DNA of 34,022 bases from an archaeon (GCA_014729335.1 WJKC01000057.1:1-34022); one strand, 5' to 3'. Counted from the stretch's first letter, positions 1 to 9,345 are shown. Notes: generated by a model from the letters alone, not told the origin. A program made the numbers and translations.

Positions 1-867
1 CCCGGGCTTGCCAAAACACTCAGCCTTGAACCGGCTTCTAAGCTTAAGGAAGAACTCAACCGCCCACGGAATGAATAGTATTAAAGCAAACTTCTCAACA
101 TTACTGACAATAGCCACCACAGCAATAACCGCTCCAGTAGTGAAGTTAACACTGTCGCCCGGGAACACCCTGGCAGGGAACCAGTTGTAATTAAGCAGCG
201 CGAATAAAGCAAAAGAGTAACTAATAGCTATGATGCTGCCAACCAGGCTGTTATTAAGAAAAGCATAGACCCCCAGGCTCAGCGTGGCAATGGCTCCCAT
301 TAAGACCTCCACGCCGTTAATACCTCCAAGCATGTTAGTGGCGTTAGCCGCGCCGGTTATGGCTATGGGGATTAATAATAAAATGTAGATAATGCCGAAG
401 TCAACCGCGCCTATTAACGGCAGGGCCATGGTTGTTGAACCAGCCCTCACAGCCATTAAAGGAATAGCCGCTGGCAAAGGTAGTAACGGGAAGACCCACT
501 GGCTGAAGCCCATCCGCTTGTACTTCTTAGCCCCTTCACGCTTCTTGTTCTTCTTAATCAAGGAGGTCATGTCCTCCAGCAAGCCGTTAAGCATTATCAT
601 GAAGATGCTGGTGGTGGCTGCGAATAATGTTATTAAGCCGGAGGTGTCATCATAGAGGAATACTTTAAGGAACACGAAGGTCAAGCACCCGCCTAGGAAC
701 CCGAACAGGACTGATGGACCAGATGTATCAACCACCCGGGTCTTCTTTTTTTTATTAACGTCGTAACCAACTAGTCCTTCAAGCTTAAATAACCTTATCA
801 CCCGCGGGGTGACCAGGTAGGTTGTGATGAACGCAATGACCGGGATTATCACTAATTCAAAAGTCAT
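1..867 (-). CDS. UDP-GlcNAc:dolichyl-phosphate GlcNAc-1-phosphate transferase (AglH/Alg7/MraY-like, glycosyltransferase family 4); 3' end runs off the window
   Basis: Not in ORF track. Manual translation from ATG at 867: MTFELVIIPVIAFITTYLVTP...GYDVNK...GLLED...GAANATNMLGGINGVE...YNWFPARVFPGD...NVEKFAL; multi-TM; NM-x-G-x-NG and FPGD motifs; next to aglB. Confidence 0.85.
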   Translation of the reverse strand, partial: MTFELVIIPVIAFITTYLVTPRVIRLFKLEGLVGYDVNKKKKTRVVDTSGPSVLFGFLGGCLTFVFLKVFLYDDTSGLITLFAATTSIFMIMLNGLLEDMTSLIKKNKKREGAKKYKRMGFSQWVFPLLPLPAAIPLMAVRAGSTTMALPLIGAVDFGIIYILLLIPIAITGAANATNMLGGINGVEVLMGAIATLSLGVYAFLNNSLVGSIIAISYSFALFALLNYNWFPARVFPGDSVNFTTGAVIAVVAIVSNVEKFALILFIPWAVEFFLKLRSRFKAECFGKPG

Positions 868-904
868 TATATAATAGGTAGAGATTATTCTTTCTTTTAA
901 GCAT

Positions 905-3544
905 TTACCATGCAGGCGACCCGTTATCAACCCATTCCTCAAGCACGTCGTAGTCTATCCTGTAAATCTTAATATCAGTTGGGTCCCGCTGGTAAAGGAT
1001 TCCCTCCATCTTTAAAGGAGTCGGCGAGTTATAAACCAGTTCAAACCCCGGGATTGAACTATTAACCAGGTATAACTGGGTCATGAACCGGTTCTTAAGG
1101 TTTGATGGTATATGAATAACCCCGCCTGACACGAATTCAATGCATGAAGGCAGAGAGTTTGAGAAGTTAAAGGTTGTGCAGCCCTCATTCTGCTGGCATA
1201 AACAATTATACGGCAGGACCACGTTCTCGCCAGTATAAACATTGTATAATACTCCTAGTGGCTGGCCAAAATCCTGCTCCTCGTTCATTGGTATTAAGAC
1301 GTTAACAACGTAGCTCTGCTCCGAAGGGAATAACAAGTCATCAATCACCAAGTCCTCGCCCACTTGTCCCGGACCAGTTGCTTGGTCAAAGACTAATATT
1401 GTGCTGAAGTTCTCCGGCTGGTAAAAAGTGTTCTCTATCCGCTGCTTGAAAACAAAAGGCGAGTAATAACCAGGCCTGCCTCCAATATTAGCCATCTGGA
1501 CGTACTTAAGCACGTCGTCATCAACCACTAATAAGTAATTAGGCCGCTGCCCTGTCTCGTTGTTCTTAAAGTAGTCAAGCGAGTGGTAGACCTCTGTGAT
1601 ATTGTAACCACTGAAGGTCCTGCCGCCAATAATCTCATCCCAGTCAACCCGGTAGTTGCCGCCGTCAACAGTGGTTGCCCGCTCACCCATTGCCTGAACC
1701 CAGTAACCGTAATCCCACCAGTGGGTGAAGACTGCTCCAGGGTCAGTGTTATTCCTAACCCATGCCAGGGACGCGTCCCAGTCATCAGTGAGGCTGGGCC
1801 AGTAACTAAGGGCTGTTGCTGAGACAGTGATGAAGCCCCAGTAAATGACTAGTCCGGCTATTAAGTATGGGATGTTAGAGTAAACTTTGTCACCACTCCA
1901 TTTCTTAATCAGGTTAGATGCGCGGGTTATAGCGTAAGCCCCTATTAATACAAATATAGGGGTGCTGGCAAAGATTATCCTAACAGCTCCCCGGGTTGCT
2001 ATGATGCTGAGAGCGAACCATGATAATAGTAATAACTTGCCGGGCGTGACTTCACGCCAAGCCTTGCTCTTAGGATGGGACAGGAAGAACCCCGCCATCA
2101 CCAAGCCCAGCAGGGGCAGCGTGTATAAGTAAGTGCTTTCAAAAAAAGCGTTAACAGCGTAGTAAGACTGGTCATTGATGAACTTGCTGAACATGAAGAA
2201 GAACATGAAAACCGTGAAAGCAGTTATCAGGATTATTGACTTCTTCTTAAATTTACGCAGCACTTCATGAAGTAATAATATTGAGCCGGTGATGAATAAC
2301 GGGATGAACCACCTTAAACGCTGCCACCAGTCAACCCCCCGCTGAGGGTCATAGGAGTAAGGAGCTTGGTTCTCAGTGACTGAGACGCAGAAAGGGCAGG
2401 TGCCGAATGGGTGTATTATTGTCTCAATTATCTGGTTAGTCTTACCCACGAGGTCAAACAAACCTGTTAATTGAACGACTGGCATGGCAACTGCCAGGGC
2501 AACCGCTAGTATTAACCCAAAGTAGTAACTGTCAGGCCACTTTTTCCCCCCTCGTTTATTAATGTATAATTCATAGACCAGTACTTTAAGCAGCACCACC
2601 CCAGCAGTTAGGGTTGGTATGAGGAATAAGTCACGCCTAATCAGTGTCGGGAAACCGCCATACCTAAGGGTCAGGGTCGCATTCATTATCATCATCGGAG
2701 CGTACCAGCAGAAGAAGGTGATTATGTTCTTATTAGTCAGGCGGTTCATCAAGGTTAGTATCAGGAAGGTTAAGCCGATGCTGATGAATAAGAAGTTAGC
2801 CCCGCCCCAGCTAAGACCTGACATGCCCGCTAGTAACCCTGCTATTAAACCATGGATTAATACTTTTTTCAGTTTCTTAGCTTTAAATGACTTTACTAGG
2901 AAGAATATCATGCTGAACCAGAATATCATTGCCATATTTTCCTTGTCAGAGAAGCCGGCAATGGTCCTGAAAAGGAATGACGGCGCGAATGCCAGGAAAG
3001 CGGTTGCTATGATTGCTGTCTTCTTGTTGAATAACTCCTTAACCATTAAGTAGAAGAATGACATGCTTATGACGAACGCGACCACTGGGTAGATGATAGA
3101 GTAATCCATTAATTCCCCGCCAAATAAAGGGCTGAAGATTAAGTACAAGCCCGCCACAAAGTAAGTGCCGGCTTGATGCTCTCTGAAAATGAGGAATCCG
3201 TCAGGGAAGTACCTTAACTCGTCAACCTCCGGGATATAACCATTCTCCAATAACATTTCAGTGTACCGGTGGAAGCCGTAAGGGTCCAACCCCAGCAACC
3301 TGCCCTTATAATTAGGGATGCTGAGCGTCCGGACCCAGGCACCTATTAGTATGATGCTGATGACCCCAGCGTAGAATAGAATCTTCTTATTATCTTTAAG
3401 AAAATTAATAGCGTCAGTGAAGTCTATTTCATCCTCGTCAGCCGGTTCCTCACTGGCTGCTCCTTTCTTAGGCGTCAGCCACTTCTTGACTTTCTGACCT
3501 ATCTCTTTAAAGTTAATCTCTATCTCGTCATCATCTTTTGCCAA
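905..3544 (-). CDS. aglB: Oligosaccharyltransferase AglB (STT3 family)
   Basis: GLDPY, FSDKE, SVTE (TIXE-like), WWDYGYW and DVLK (DK) motifs; many TM helices then soluble C-terminal domain; TTG start. Confidence 0.95.
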   Translation of the reverse strand: MAKDDDEIEINFKEIGQKVKKWLTPKKGAASEEPADEDEIDFTDAINFLKDNKKILFYAGVISIILIGAWVRTLSIPNYKGRLLGLDPYGFHRYTEMLLENGYIPEVDELRYFPDGFLIFREHQAGTYFVAGLYLIFSPLFGGELMDYSIIYPVVAFVISMSFFYLMVKELFNKKTAIIATAFLAFAPSFLFRTIAGFSDKENMAMIFWFSMIFFLVKSFKAKKLKKVLIHGLIAGLLAGMSGLSWGGANFLFISIGLTFLILTLMNRLTNKNIITFFCWYAPMMIMNATLTLRYGGFPTLIRRDLFLIPTLTAGVVLLKVLVYELYINKRGGKKWPDSYYFGLILAVALAVAMPVVQLTGLFDLVGKTNQIIETIIHPFGTCPFCVSVTENQAPYSYDPQRGVDWWQRLRWFIPLFITGSILLLHEVLRKFKKKSIILITAFTVFMFFFMFSKFINDQSYYAVNAFFESTYLYTLPLLGLVMAGFFLSHPKSKAWREVTPGKLLLLSWFALSIIATRGAVRIIFASTPIFVLIGAYAITRASNLIKKWSGDKVYSNIPYLIAGLVIYWGFITVSATALSYWPSLTDDWDASLAWVRNNTDPGAVFTHWWDYGYWVQAMGERATTVDGGNYRVDWDEIIGGRTFSGYNITEVYHSLDYFKNNETGQRPNYLLVVDDDVLKYVQMANIGGRPGYYSPFVFKQRIENTFYQPENFSTILVFDQATGPGQVGEDLVIDDLLFPSEQSYVVNVLIPMNEEQDFGQPLGVLYNVYTGENVVLPYNCLCQQNEGCTTFNFSNSLPSCIEFVSGGVIHIPSNLKNRFMTQLYLVNSSIPGFELVYNSPTPLKMEGILYQRDPTDIKIYRIDYDVLEEWVDNGSPAW

Positions 3545-3551
3545 ATTTTTT

Positions 3552-4367
3552 TCATCCTCCTAGTGAAATAAATACCTCTATTAACCCGCTGATTATTAAG
3601 GTAACGCTAGCGAGTATAATCAGGTCTATTGAGTCAAGCAACACTTCTTTAAATTTCTTACTTCTAGGCTTATACCTGATTACTGCAGCGCTGATTATTC
3701 CCCCGGCAATGCCTGCCATGAAATAAGCAATAATCTCTGGCACGCCGTGAATCAAGTACTGGCCGAACCCTATCGGAATAGCGTGGAAGTACGAGAGAGC
3801 GTTCTGAATATTTGAGGTGATGACGTTGCCAATAGCTGTTCCAAGTACGCTGGCGTTCCAGGCAATGATGAATATTGCCCCAGCACCGTATAACAAGCTG
3901 AATAACAGGCAGAAGAATAATACTTTGAAGTTATTAGCTAGTATTATCTTCAAGTAAGTTGTTTGTATATAACCCCCTTGTATGCCCGAGTTGATATTGT
4001 TTATAGTGTTAATCTGGCTTGAGAACACCCTGGCTTTGATTTCAGGCGGCAGCACCAGGTACCAAGTGGTGAATGATAATAATAAGCCAAAGAACAAGAA
4101 GAAAACCACTCCAAGCACGTCCTTATGATTGCCGATTAATGGGAACTCTTTTTTTGAGAAGTCCTCGCCACCCTCCATTTTTAATACGTTAACCAGAATT
4201 GGGATGCAAGCCATGGTGGTTAAGAATACAACGCTTATTGAGGGGTTGTCAGGGAACACCCAGAGACTTAGTGCTATGCCGGCGCTTGATGACAACAAGC
4301 CCATTAGGAACATCTTCCAGCTTTTTTCACGGACCTCTGACGGGCTGAGTATTGATTCAAACACCAT
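3552..4367 (-). CDS. SpoIIM/DUF95-family integral membrane protein
   Basis: IxxNNxKV, WNASVLG and IHGVPEIIAYFMAGIAGG motifs, C-terminal SGLIEVFIS; ATG at 4367 preferred over the ORF-track start at 4379. Confidence 0.85.
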   Translation of the reverse strand: MVFESILSPSEVREKSWKMFLMGLLSSSAGIALSLWVFPDNPSISVVFLTTMACIPILVNVLKMEGGEDFSKKEFPLIGNHKDVLGVVFFLFFGLLLSFTTWYLVLPPEIKARVFSSQINTINNINSGIQGGYIQTTYLKIILANNFKVLFFCLLFSLLYGAGAIFIIAWNASVLGTAIGNVITSNIQNALSYFHAIPIGFGQYLIHGVPEIIAYFMAGIAGGIISAAVIRYKPRSKKFKEVLLDSIDLIILASVTLIISGLIEVFISLGG

Positions 4368-5406
4368 TGCCTGGTTCAAGCCTCCTGCTCCTGCCCTGGA
4401 ATCCCTCGCCTGTCTCCTTGGTCTTGATTAAACCCTGTTTTTCTAAACGGTTGATGTACCGCCTGAAACTCCTGATGCTTAGCTTGCCACCGTGCTTTTC
4501 CTTGTACTTCTTGTAAGCGTCGCCGCTGATTATTCCTTTATTATTCTTTATTATCTTAACTATCTTCTCCTCATGACTGTTTAGTTTCTTTGGCAGCGAG
4601 TCAGTCATCTTACCTAACACTTCATTAACATGTTTTAACAGTATCTTGCGGCTGGCGTCTTGTTCAGCCCGCCTGCCCGCTTCTAATAAGATGGTTATTG
4701 CCCGCCTGACATCAGTCTCTGAGTTAATGCTTACCTCGTGTATCACTTTATCACTGACCACTCCCTGCCTAAAGGCTTGTTCAGCCCGCCTCTTAATAAT
4801 GTTCTTCATCTCCCTGGTGGTGTAAGGCTTGAACTCTAAGTTGTTAAGGTTTAACCGCGAAATCAGCCTCGGCTCTAAGTAAGTCTTGTACTTAGGGTTG
4901 TTGGTTACTAGTAATACGCTGACGCTGTCTAGTTTTAATAATGAGTATATTATGTTAACGTCCTTGACTTTATCCACCTCATCAAGGCATATGACCACGC
5001 CCTTGTCTCTTAATTTTTTGAAAGCATTGCTTATTATCTCGTCAGTCGGCACGCCTTTAGGAGGGTATAGCATCCCTGTCTTGCGGGCTATTTCCAAAGC
5101 CATTGTATGGGTTGTCTGGTTCTCCCAGCAGTTAATATAGATTGGCACCACCTCGTTGCCGCTTGCCTCTTTCAGCTCCTGGAAAACGAACCGGGCGCTC
5201 GCTGTCTTACCTAACCCTGGCATGCCGTAGATGAACACGTTGCTGCCCCGACGTTTATGGAATAATGGTTTCAGGTAGTCAGCGATTATCTTAATCTCCT
5301 TATCTCTTTCAGGCATCTTGTAAGGGATGAATTTATAGTCAAGAATACTTTCATCCTTGAATATTGTCTCGTCATCCATTAGTATGTCCTTGAACAAGTC
5401 CCCCAT
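4357..5406 (-). CDS. cdc6: Orc1/Cdc6 replication initiator (AAA+ ATPase plus winged helix)
   Basis: LDYKFIP..MPERDKE, Walker A GMPGLGKT, YINC, Walker B LDEVD, SRL..F.PY, DVRRAI, C-terminal wHTH ending GFQGRSR. Confidence 0.92.
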   Translation of the reverse strand: MGDLFKDILMDDETIFKDESILDYKFIPYKMPERDKEIKIIADYLKPLFHKRRGSNVFIYGMPGLGKTASARFVFQELKEASGNEVVPIYINCWENQTTHTMALEIARKTGMLYPPKGVPTDEIISNAFKKLRDKGVVICLDEVDKVKDVNIIYSLLKLDSVSVLLVTNNPKYKTYLEPRLISRLNLNNLEFKPYTTREMKNIIKRRAEQAFRQGVVSDKVIHEVSINSETDVRRAITILLEAGRRAEQDASRKILLKHVNEVLGKMTDSLPKKLNSHEEKIVKIIKNNKGIISGDAYKKYKEKHGGKLSIRSFRRYINRLEKQGLIKTKETGEGFQGRSRRLEPGNGV

Positions 5407-5411
5407 GTTTT

Positions 5412-5633
5412 TTATCGGACGCGACGAGTCTTATTAAAGGTTCCGTTAATGATTCTCTTGTCAAGGGTTTCAAACCTTAGAACTTGGTTGAATAAGTTGT
5501 CTTGTTCCTTCCGAGGTTCTTTAATGGTTATTCTATACTTTGGTGTTGACTCCTTGATACATAATTCTTTCTTAGCATAGTTTTTATAATGCTTTGCCGG
5601 CGGCATTGACCAGTTAATATACCCCTTCTTCAT
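5412..5633 (-). CDS. Small basic hypothetical protein
   Basis: 73-aa ORF filling the gap directly upstream of cdc6, same strand; no motif recognised. Confidence 0.55.
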   Translation of the reverse strand: MKKGYINWSMPPAKHYKNYAKKELCIKESTPKYRITIKEPRKEQDNLFNQVLRFETLDKRIINGTFNKTRRVR

Positions 5634-5720
5634 TTAGTCACTTTTTACTGATGAGAGTTTTATAATATTTATTGTGGGTTGAAACATATTTAAATTAGTT
5701 GAAGCCTTCTAGATTACTTA

Positions 5721-6722
5721 ATGGGTGTTGATTTAAAGGACCTGGTGCCTAGAAGTAATGTTTCAATTGATGATTTGGAAGGCAAGAAACTAGGCGTTGA
5801 CGCTTTTAACTGGCTTTATCAGTTCTTGTCAATTATCCGCCAGCGAGACGGCACGCCGCTGAAGGATTCTAAGGGCAGGGTTACCAGTCACTTAACCGGC
5901 TTGTTTTACCGCACTGCTAAACTATTAGAGGCGGGAGTTAAGCTCTGCTACGTCTTTGACGGCAAGCCGCCTGAGTTTAAGAAAGTCACTGCCTCCAGGG
6001 TCAAGCGCCGGAAAAAAGCCCGGAAAGCTTATGAAAAAGCTAAAGCAGCTGGTGATTATGAAAAAGCTTATTCTAAAGCCATGCAGTCATCACGACTAAC
6101 TAGTCAGATGGTGATTGACGCTAAGAAGTTACTGGAAGCGTTCGGCTTGCCAGTAATCCAGGCGCCCAGTGAGGGCGAGGCTCAGGCAGCTTTCATGACT
6201 TTAAAAGGTGATTTATACGCTGCAGCAACCCAGGATTACGACGCGGTCTTGTTCGGCGCGCCAAGGGTTATCCGAAACCTTAATATCACTGGCAGGCGCC
6301 GCAGGGGAAATGCTTACGTTTCAGTCAGCCCTGAACTGGTATTGTTTGATGAGGTTCTTAAAGAGACATCTTTATCTCATGAAGAGTTAGTGACTCTGGC
6401 AGTTCTTATCGGCACTGACTACAACCCGGGCGGGGTTAAGGGCATTGGACCTAAGAGGGGTTTGAAGCTGGTGAAGGAGCACGGAGTTGACGCTTGGAAA
6501 GAGGTTAACTGGGACTGGGATATCAACCCCCCTGACATAATTGGCTTCTTCATGAACCCGCCGGTATTAAGTGATTACGAGTTATCCTGGAGAGCGCCTG
6601 ACAAGGATAAGATTATTAAATTATTAGTTGATGATTATGAGTTCAGCAGAGATAGGATTAGCAGCACTCTTAAGAAGGTGATGAAGGCTGCTGGTCAAGC
6701 TGGTTTAGGAGAGTTTTTATAA
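5721..6722 (+). CDS. fen: Flap endonuclease 1
   Basis: MGV start, DAFNWLYQFLSIIRQRDGTPL, VFDG, APSEGEAQAA, QDYD, GTDYNPGGVKGIGPK (H3TH), C-terminal PIP-like QAGLGEF. Confidence 0.97.
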   Translation: MGVDLKDLVPRSNVSIDDLEGKKLGVDAFNWLYQFLSIIRQRDGTPLKDSKGRVTSHLTGLFYRTAKLLEAGVKLCYVFDGKPPEFKKVTASRVKRRKKARKAYEKAKAAGDYEKAYSKAMQSSRLTSQMVIDAKKLLEAFGLPVIQAPSEGEAQAAFMTLKGDLYAAATQDYDAVLFGAPRVIRNLNITGRRRRGNAYVSVSPELVLFDEVLKETSLSHEELVTLAVLIGTDYNPGGVKGIGPKRGLKLVKEHGVDAWKEVNWDWDINPPDIIGFFMNPPVLSDYELSWRAPDKDKIIKLLVDDYEFSRDRISSTLKKVMKAAGQAGLGEFL

Positions 6723-6728
6723 AGCGTT

Positions 6729-7544
6729 ATGGAGCTTAAAGAGTTAATTAAGAACCCTGGAGAGTTAAGGGAGTTGATTAAACAAGGAATTGTTGACCCT
6801 GCTGATGTTAGGAGGGAGGTCTGTGATATTAAGCGTCACGAGCCGTTGGATGAATTAATCAATGGTTTGATAAAGGATTTAAACCCTGTTCCTTGTTTTG
6901 ACTATGATGGTGATGAAGTGATTAAGAGCTTGGAAGCTGATGCTGCCGGGACTGACAAGCATTATAAAGCAATGATTCACAACGAAGTACTAAGTTATAC
7001 TAAAAAACGTGATAAGGGTGTTAAGCAAGCAGTGAATACCAACCTTATATGGTACATCTTAGCTGAACGGCTGGGTCATTTTTGTTTGAAAAAAGCGCCC
7101 ACTGACTTCTTAGGAAAGATAGCTGCTTATTCTGTTTATCTAACCAGCAGGCGAGTCGGCGCAGGCGTGACCTGGGACGACCTCGGTGATAGAATTAATT
7201 TAAAAACCAGCACTTTAAGGGATTATTCTAAGACTGTTATGAAGAAATTATTAGGCGCTAAGTTTCACTTGTTTTGGGATAGGAGTTTCTTGTTTAAACA
7301 GGACTACAAGAAGTTACTGGACGACCTTGATGTTCCTTACTCTAAGATTGGTTCACTTCTTAGTGTTGATTGCTCAGAACTAACTGTTAAGCAGTTAAAT
7401 AAGATAAACGGGTTGGAGCACTCAATCTCTTCTTACAGTGATGCCAGGGGTTATGGTTACCAAGGCTTCCTTAAATCAAGGTATTATGATAAGTTAATGA
7501 ATCAACTAACCACCAACAATTTTTTTGAAAAAGAGCCTTGCTAG
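6729..7544 (+). CDS. Hypothetical protein with a possible TFIIB/cyclin-repeat-like HTH segment
   Basis: 271-aa ORF 6 nt after fen; segment IAAYSVYLTSRRVGAGVTWDDLGDRINLKTSTLRDYSK resembles a TFB cyclin repeat. Confidence 0.6.
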   Translation: MELKELIKNPGELRELIKQGIVDPADVRREVCDIKRHEPLDELINGLIKDLNPVPCFDYDGDEVIKSLEADAAGTDKHYKAMIHNEVLSYTKKRDKGVKQAVNTNLIWYILAERLGHFCLKKAPTDFLGKIAAYSVYLTSRRVGAGVTWDDLGDRINLKTSTLRDYSKTVMKKLLGAKFHLFWDRSFLFKQDYKKLLDDLDVPYSKIGSLLSVDCSELTVKQLNKINGLEHSISSYSDARGYGYQGFLKSRYYDKLMNQLTTNNFFEKEPC

Positions 7545-7582
7545 GCTTAACTCTTTTATACTGTTAAAGTTTTAGTATTAAT

Positions 7583-7852
7583 ATGAGATTGCATGCTTAC
7601 GTGTCAGGCGTTGTTCAAGGAGTCTTTTTCCGGAAGAACACTAAGGAGCAGGCTAATCGCTTAGGGCTTAAGGGCTGGGTTAAAAATCTTAGTGACGGCA
7701 GGGTTGAAGTAGTGGCTGAAGGTGAGGAGAGTAAGTTAAAAGAATTATTAGAATGGATTCATCAAGGACCGCCGAGCGCCAGTGTTACTGGTGTTGAGTC
7801 TGAGTGGCTTGAATCAACCCGCGAGTTTAAAGGTTTTAGAATACTTTATTAA
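7583..7852 (+). CDS. acyP: Acylphosphatase
   Basis: VSGVVQGVFFR and GWVKNLSDGRVEVVAEG, GPPSA signatures. Confidence 0.97.
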   Translation: MRLHAYVSGVVQGVFFRKNTKEQANRLGLKGWVKNLSDGRVEVVAEGEESKLKELLEWIHQGPPSASVTGVESEWLESTREFKGFRILY

Positions 7853-7876
7853 AGCAAGACTTATTAGAATTTTTTG

Positions 7877-8290
7877 ATGAATGTTCAATCTTTTATTAAA
7901 AAGTATGACGAACCATCACTCTTTAAGGAGTTATTAAAGAAGGGAGCTGAGTTCAGCGTTGATGAAATATCTGTTAAATGCGATGCTGGCAGCTTGGTCA
8001 AGGTCAAGCTTAAACCATTAATCAAGGATTATGCTACTAAGGGTATAATAAACCTTAACTGCCCTAAAAGCAAGAAGTTAAAGTTTAGCCTGAAGGAATT
8101 ATTCAACTCGATTAGTGAAGGCGGGTTTAAATTAGAGACCTGTCCTCTCTGCAACCAGAGACTGCTCCTTTTTAAAATCAAGGTAAGAGGTTTAAGTATC
8201 TCTTATCATAAGATTCATGGTTTATTCGAGCACCCTGAAAAAGTTGCAGGTGACGCTGATATTAAGAAGTTACTTACTTCTTTTTCTTAA
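7877..8290 (+). CDS. Hypothetical protein, possible Zn-binding (CPLC plus two further Cys)
   Basis: ORF with TATA-like TTTATTAA about 25 nt upstream of the ATG; no family recognised. Confidence 0.6.
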   Translation: MNVQSFIKKYDEPSLFKELLKKGAEFSVDEISVKCDAGSLVKVKLKPLIKDYATKGIINLNCPKSKKLKFSLKELFNSISEGGFKLETCPLCNQRLLLFKIKVRGLSISYHKIHGLFEHPEKVAGDADIKKLLTSFS

Positions 8291-8942
8291 AGAAGTTCTT
8301 AGCAGGCCCTTCCTTTATTGCCCAGCCAAAACCGATGCCGATAGCGAGGCTTAAGCCGAGGCTGATGCCCAGGACAATGAATTTGAACGAGTCCTCAAGC
8401 AGGCTGGTATTTGTTAAACCAAACTTTGGCAGCGCCATTACCAGGGCGAAGAACATGATGACCCCGTAGATTAACTCGCTGGCCCCTTCATTAAAAGGCA
8501 GCTCCATCTTACTAACCTTTTTGCGAATAAAGTCAGCGAATAATAAGCCGAGGATTATTATGCCAGCGCCGATTGATAACTCAGGCACCGCTTTTATCAA
8601 GGTGTCAAACATCTCTGATAAGAATATTAACCCAGCCCTGACCGAGGCTTCTTTAAGGAATATTATTAGTATATAATACTTAACTATTAAGCTGGCAGTA
8701 TTAGCAATATTAATATTATAAAGTGATTCTTTAAGCTTTGACTTCTTAATCCAGTCATCAACTTTTGAAGCAATTAATAACTTCTTGATTACGAACTCGC
8801 TTATCTTAGCCACGAACCAGCCGAATACTAGTATCAGCAACGCGGCAATGATTCTAGGCACGCCCAATATTATTGCAGTGCTCGTCTCCTGCAACACTTG
8901 GGCTGGCAGTTCAATTATTGAATAGAAAGTCTCATTAGCCAT
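8274..8942 (-). CDS. TM-helix-repeat membrane protein (CmpX / mechanosensitive-channel associated)
   Basis: Two repeats of PxIIAALLILxxGWxxA, C-terminal LAIGIGFGW; ATG at 8942 (MANETF) avoids overlap with the divergent gene. Confidence 0.85.
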   Translation of the reverse strand: MANETFYSIIELPAQVLQETSTAIILGVPRIIAALLILVFGWFVAKISEFVIKKLLIASKVDDWIKKSKLKESLYNINIANTASLIVKYYILIIFLKEASVRAGLIFLSEMFDTLIKAVPELSIGAGIIILGLLFADFIRKKVSKMELPFNEGASELIYGVIMFFALVMALPKFGLTNTSLLEDSFKFIVLGISLGLSLAIGIGFGWAIKEGPAKNFFKKKK

Positions 8943-8979
8943 TAATATTAATAAAATAAAGGTTTCTTTTAAATATATT

Positions 8980-9246
8980 ATGAGGCTTGAAGAACAAGTG
9001 GTTAAGGAGCGTGAAAGAGCCATTCTAGCGTTTAAGGAGCTAAAAGTCAATGACTTACCGGGCGCTAGGGACTTGTACGAGCTGGCTAAAGCGTACTATG
9101 ACGACGCCCTGCACTTCTATGATAAAGAAAAACTGTTGGAGGCTTTTGAGTTATTCGCCTATGTCTGGGGCTTGCTGGACGCCGGCGCCCGATTAGGCTT
9201 GTTTGACCCCGGTGCTGCGCGGCGACACTACAAGATTGAACAATAA
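8980..9246 (+). CDS. DUF357-family small archaeal protein
   Basis: AKAYYDDALHF...AF..FAYVWGLLDAGARLG pattern. Confidence 0.88.
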   Translation: MRLEEQVVKERERAILAFKELKVNDLPGARDLYELAKAYYDDALHFYDKEKLLEAFELFAYVWGLLDAGARLGLFDPGAARRHYKIEQ

Positions 9247-9325
9247 CTTTTTAAATCATTCAAAGGGGCTGTCGCCCCTCTTGACTCCTCTTCTATTTTT
9301 TTTATCAATAACTTTTTAAATCATT
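9241..9325. repeat. 20-bp exact direct repeat flanking a 45-bp hairpin insert
   Basis: CAATAACTTTTTAAATCATT at 9241-9260 and 9306-9325; insert contains AGGGGC-TGTC-GCCCCT. Confidence 0.9.
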
Positions 9326-9345
9326 GAGCGTTCTCTTCTCTGTTA

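Noticed and set aside
8-655. + strand ORFs 8-190 and 392-655
   Set aside because: Antisense shadows of the minus-strand GlcNAc-1-P transferase.
1528-5140. ORFs 1528-1785, 1583-1822, 2619-3053, 3538-3726, 4129-4431, 4886-5140
   Set aside because: Nested in or antisense to aglB, DUF95 and cdc6, with no motifs of their own.
5634-5720. Origin of replication next to cdc6
   Set aside because: AT-rich, but only TATA-like boxes for the divergent genes; no ORB-like sequence seen.
8943-9050. ORF-track N-terminal extension of the TM-helix protein
   Set aside because: Overlaps the divergent DUF357 gene and shared promoter; ATG 8942 fits better.
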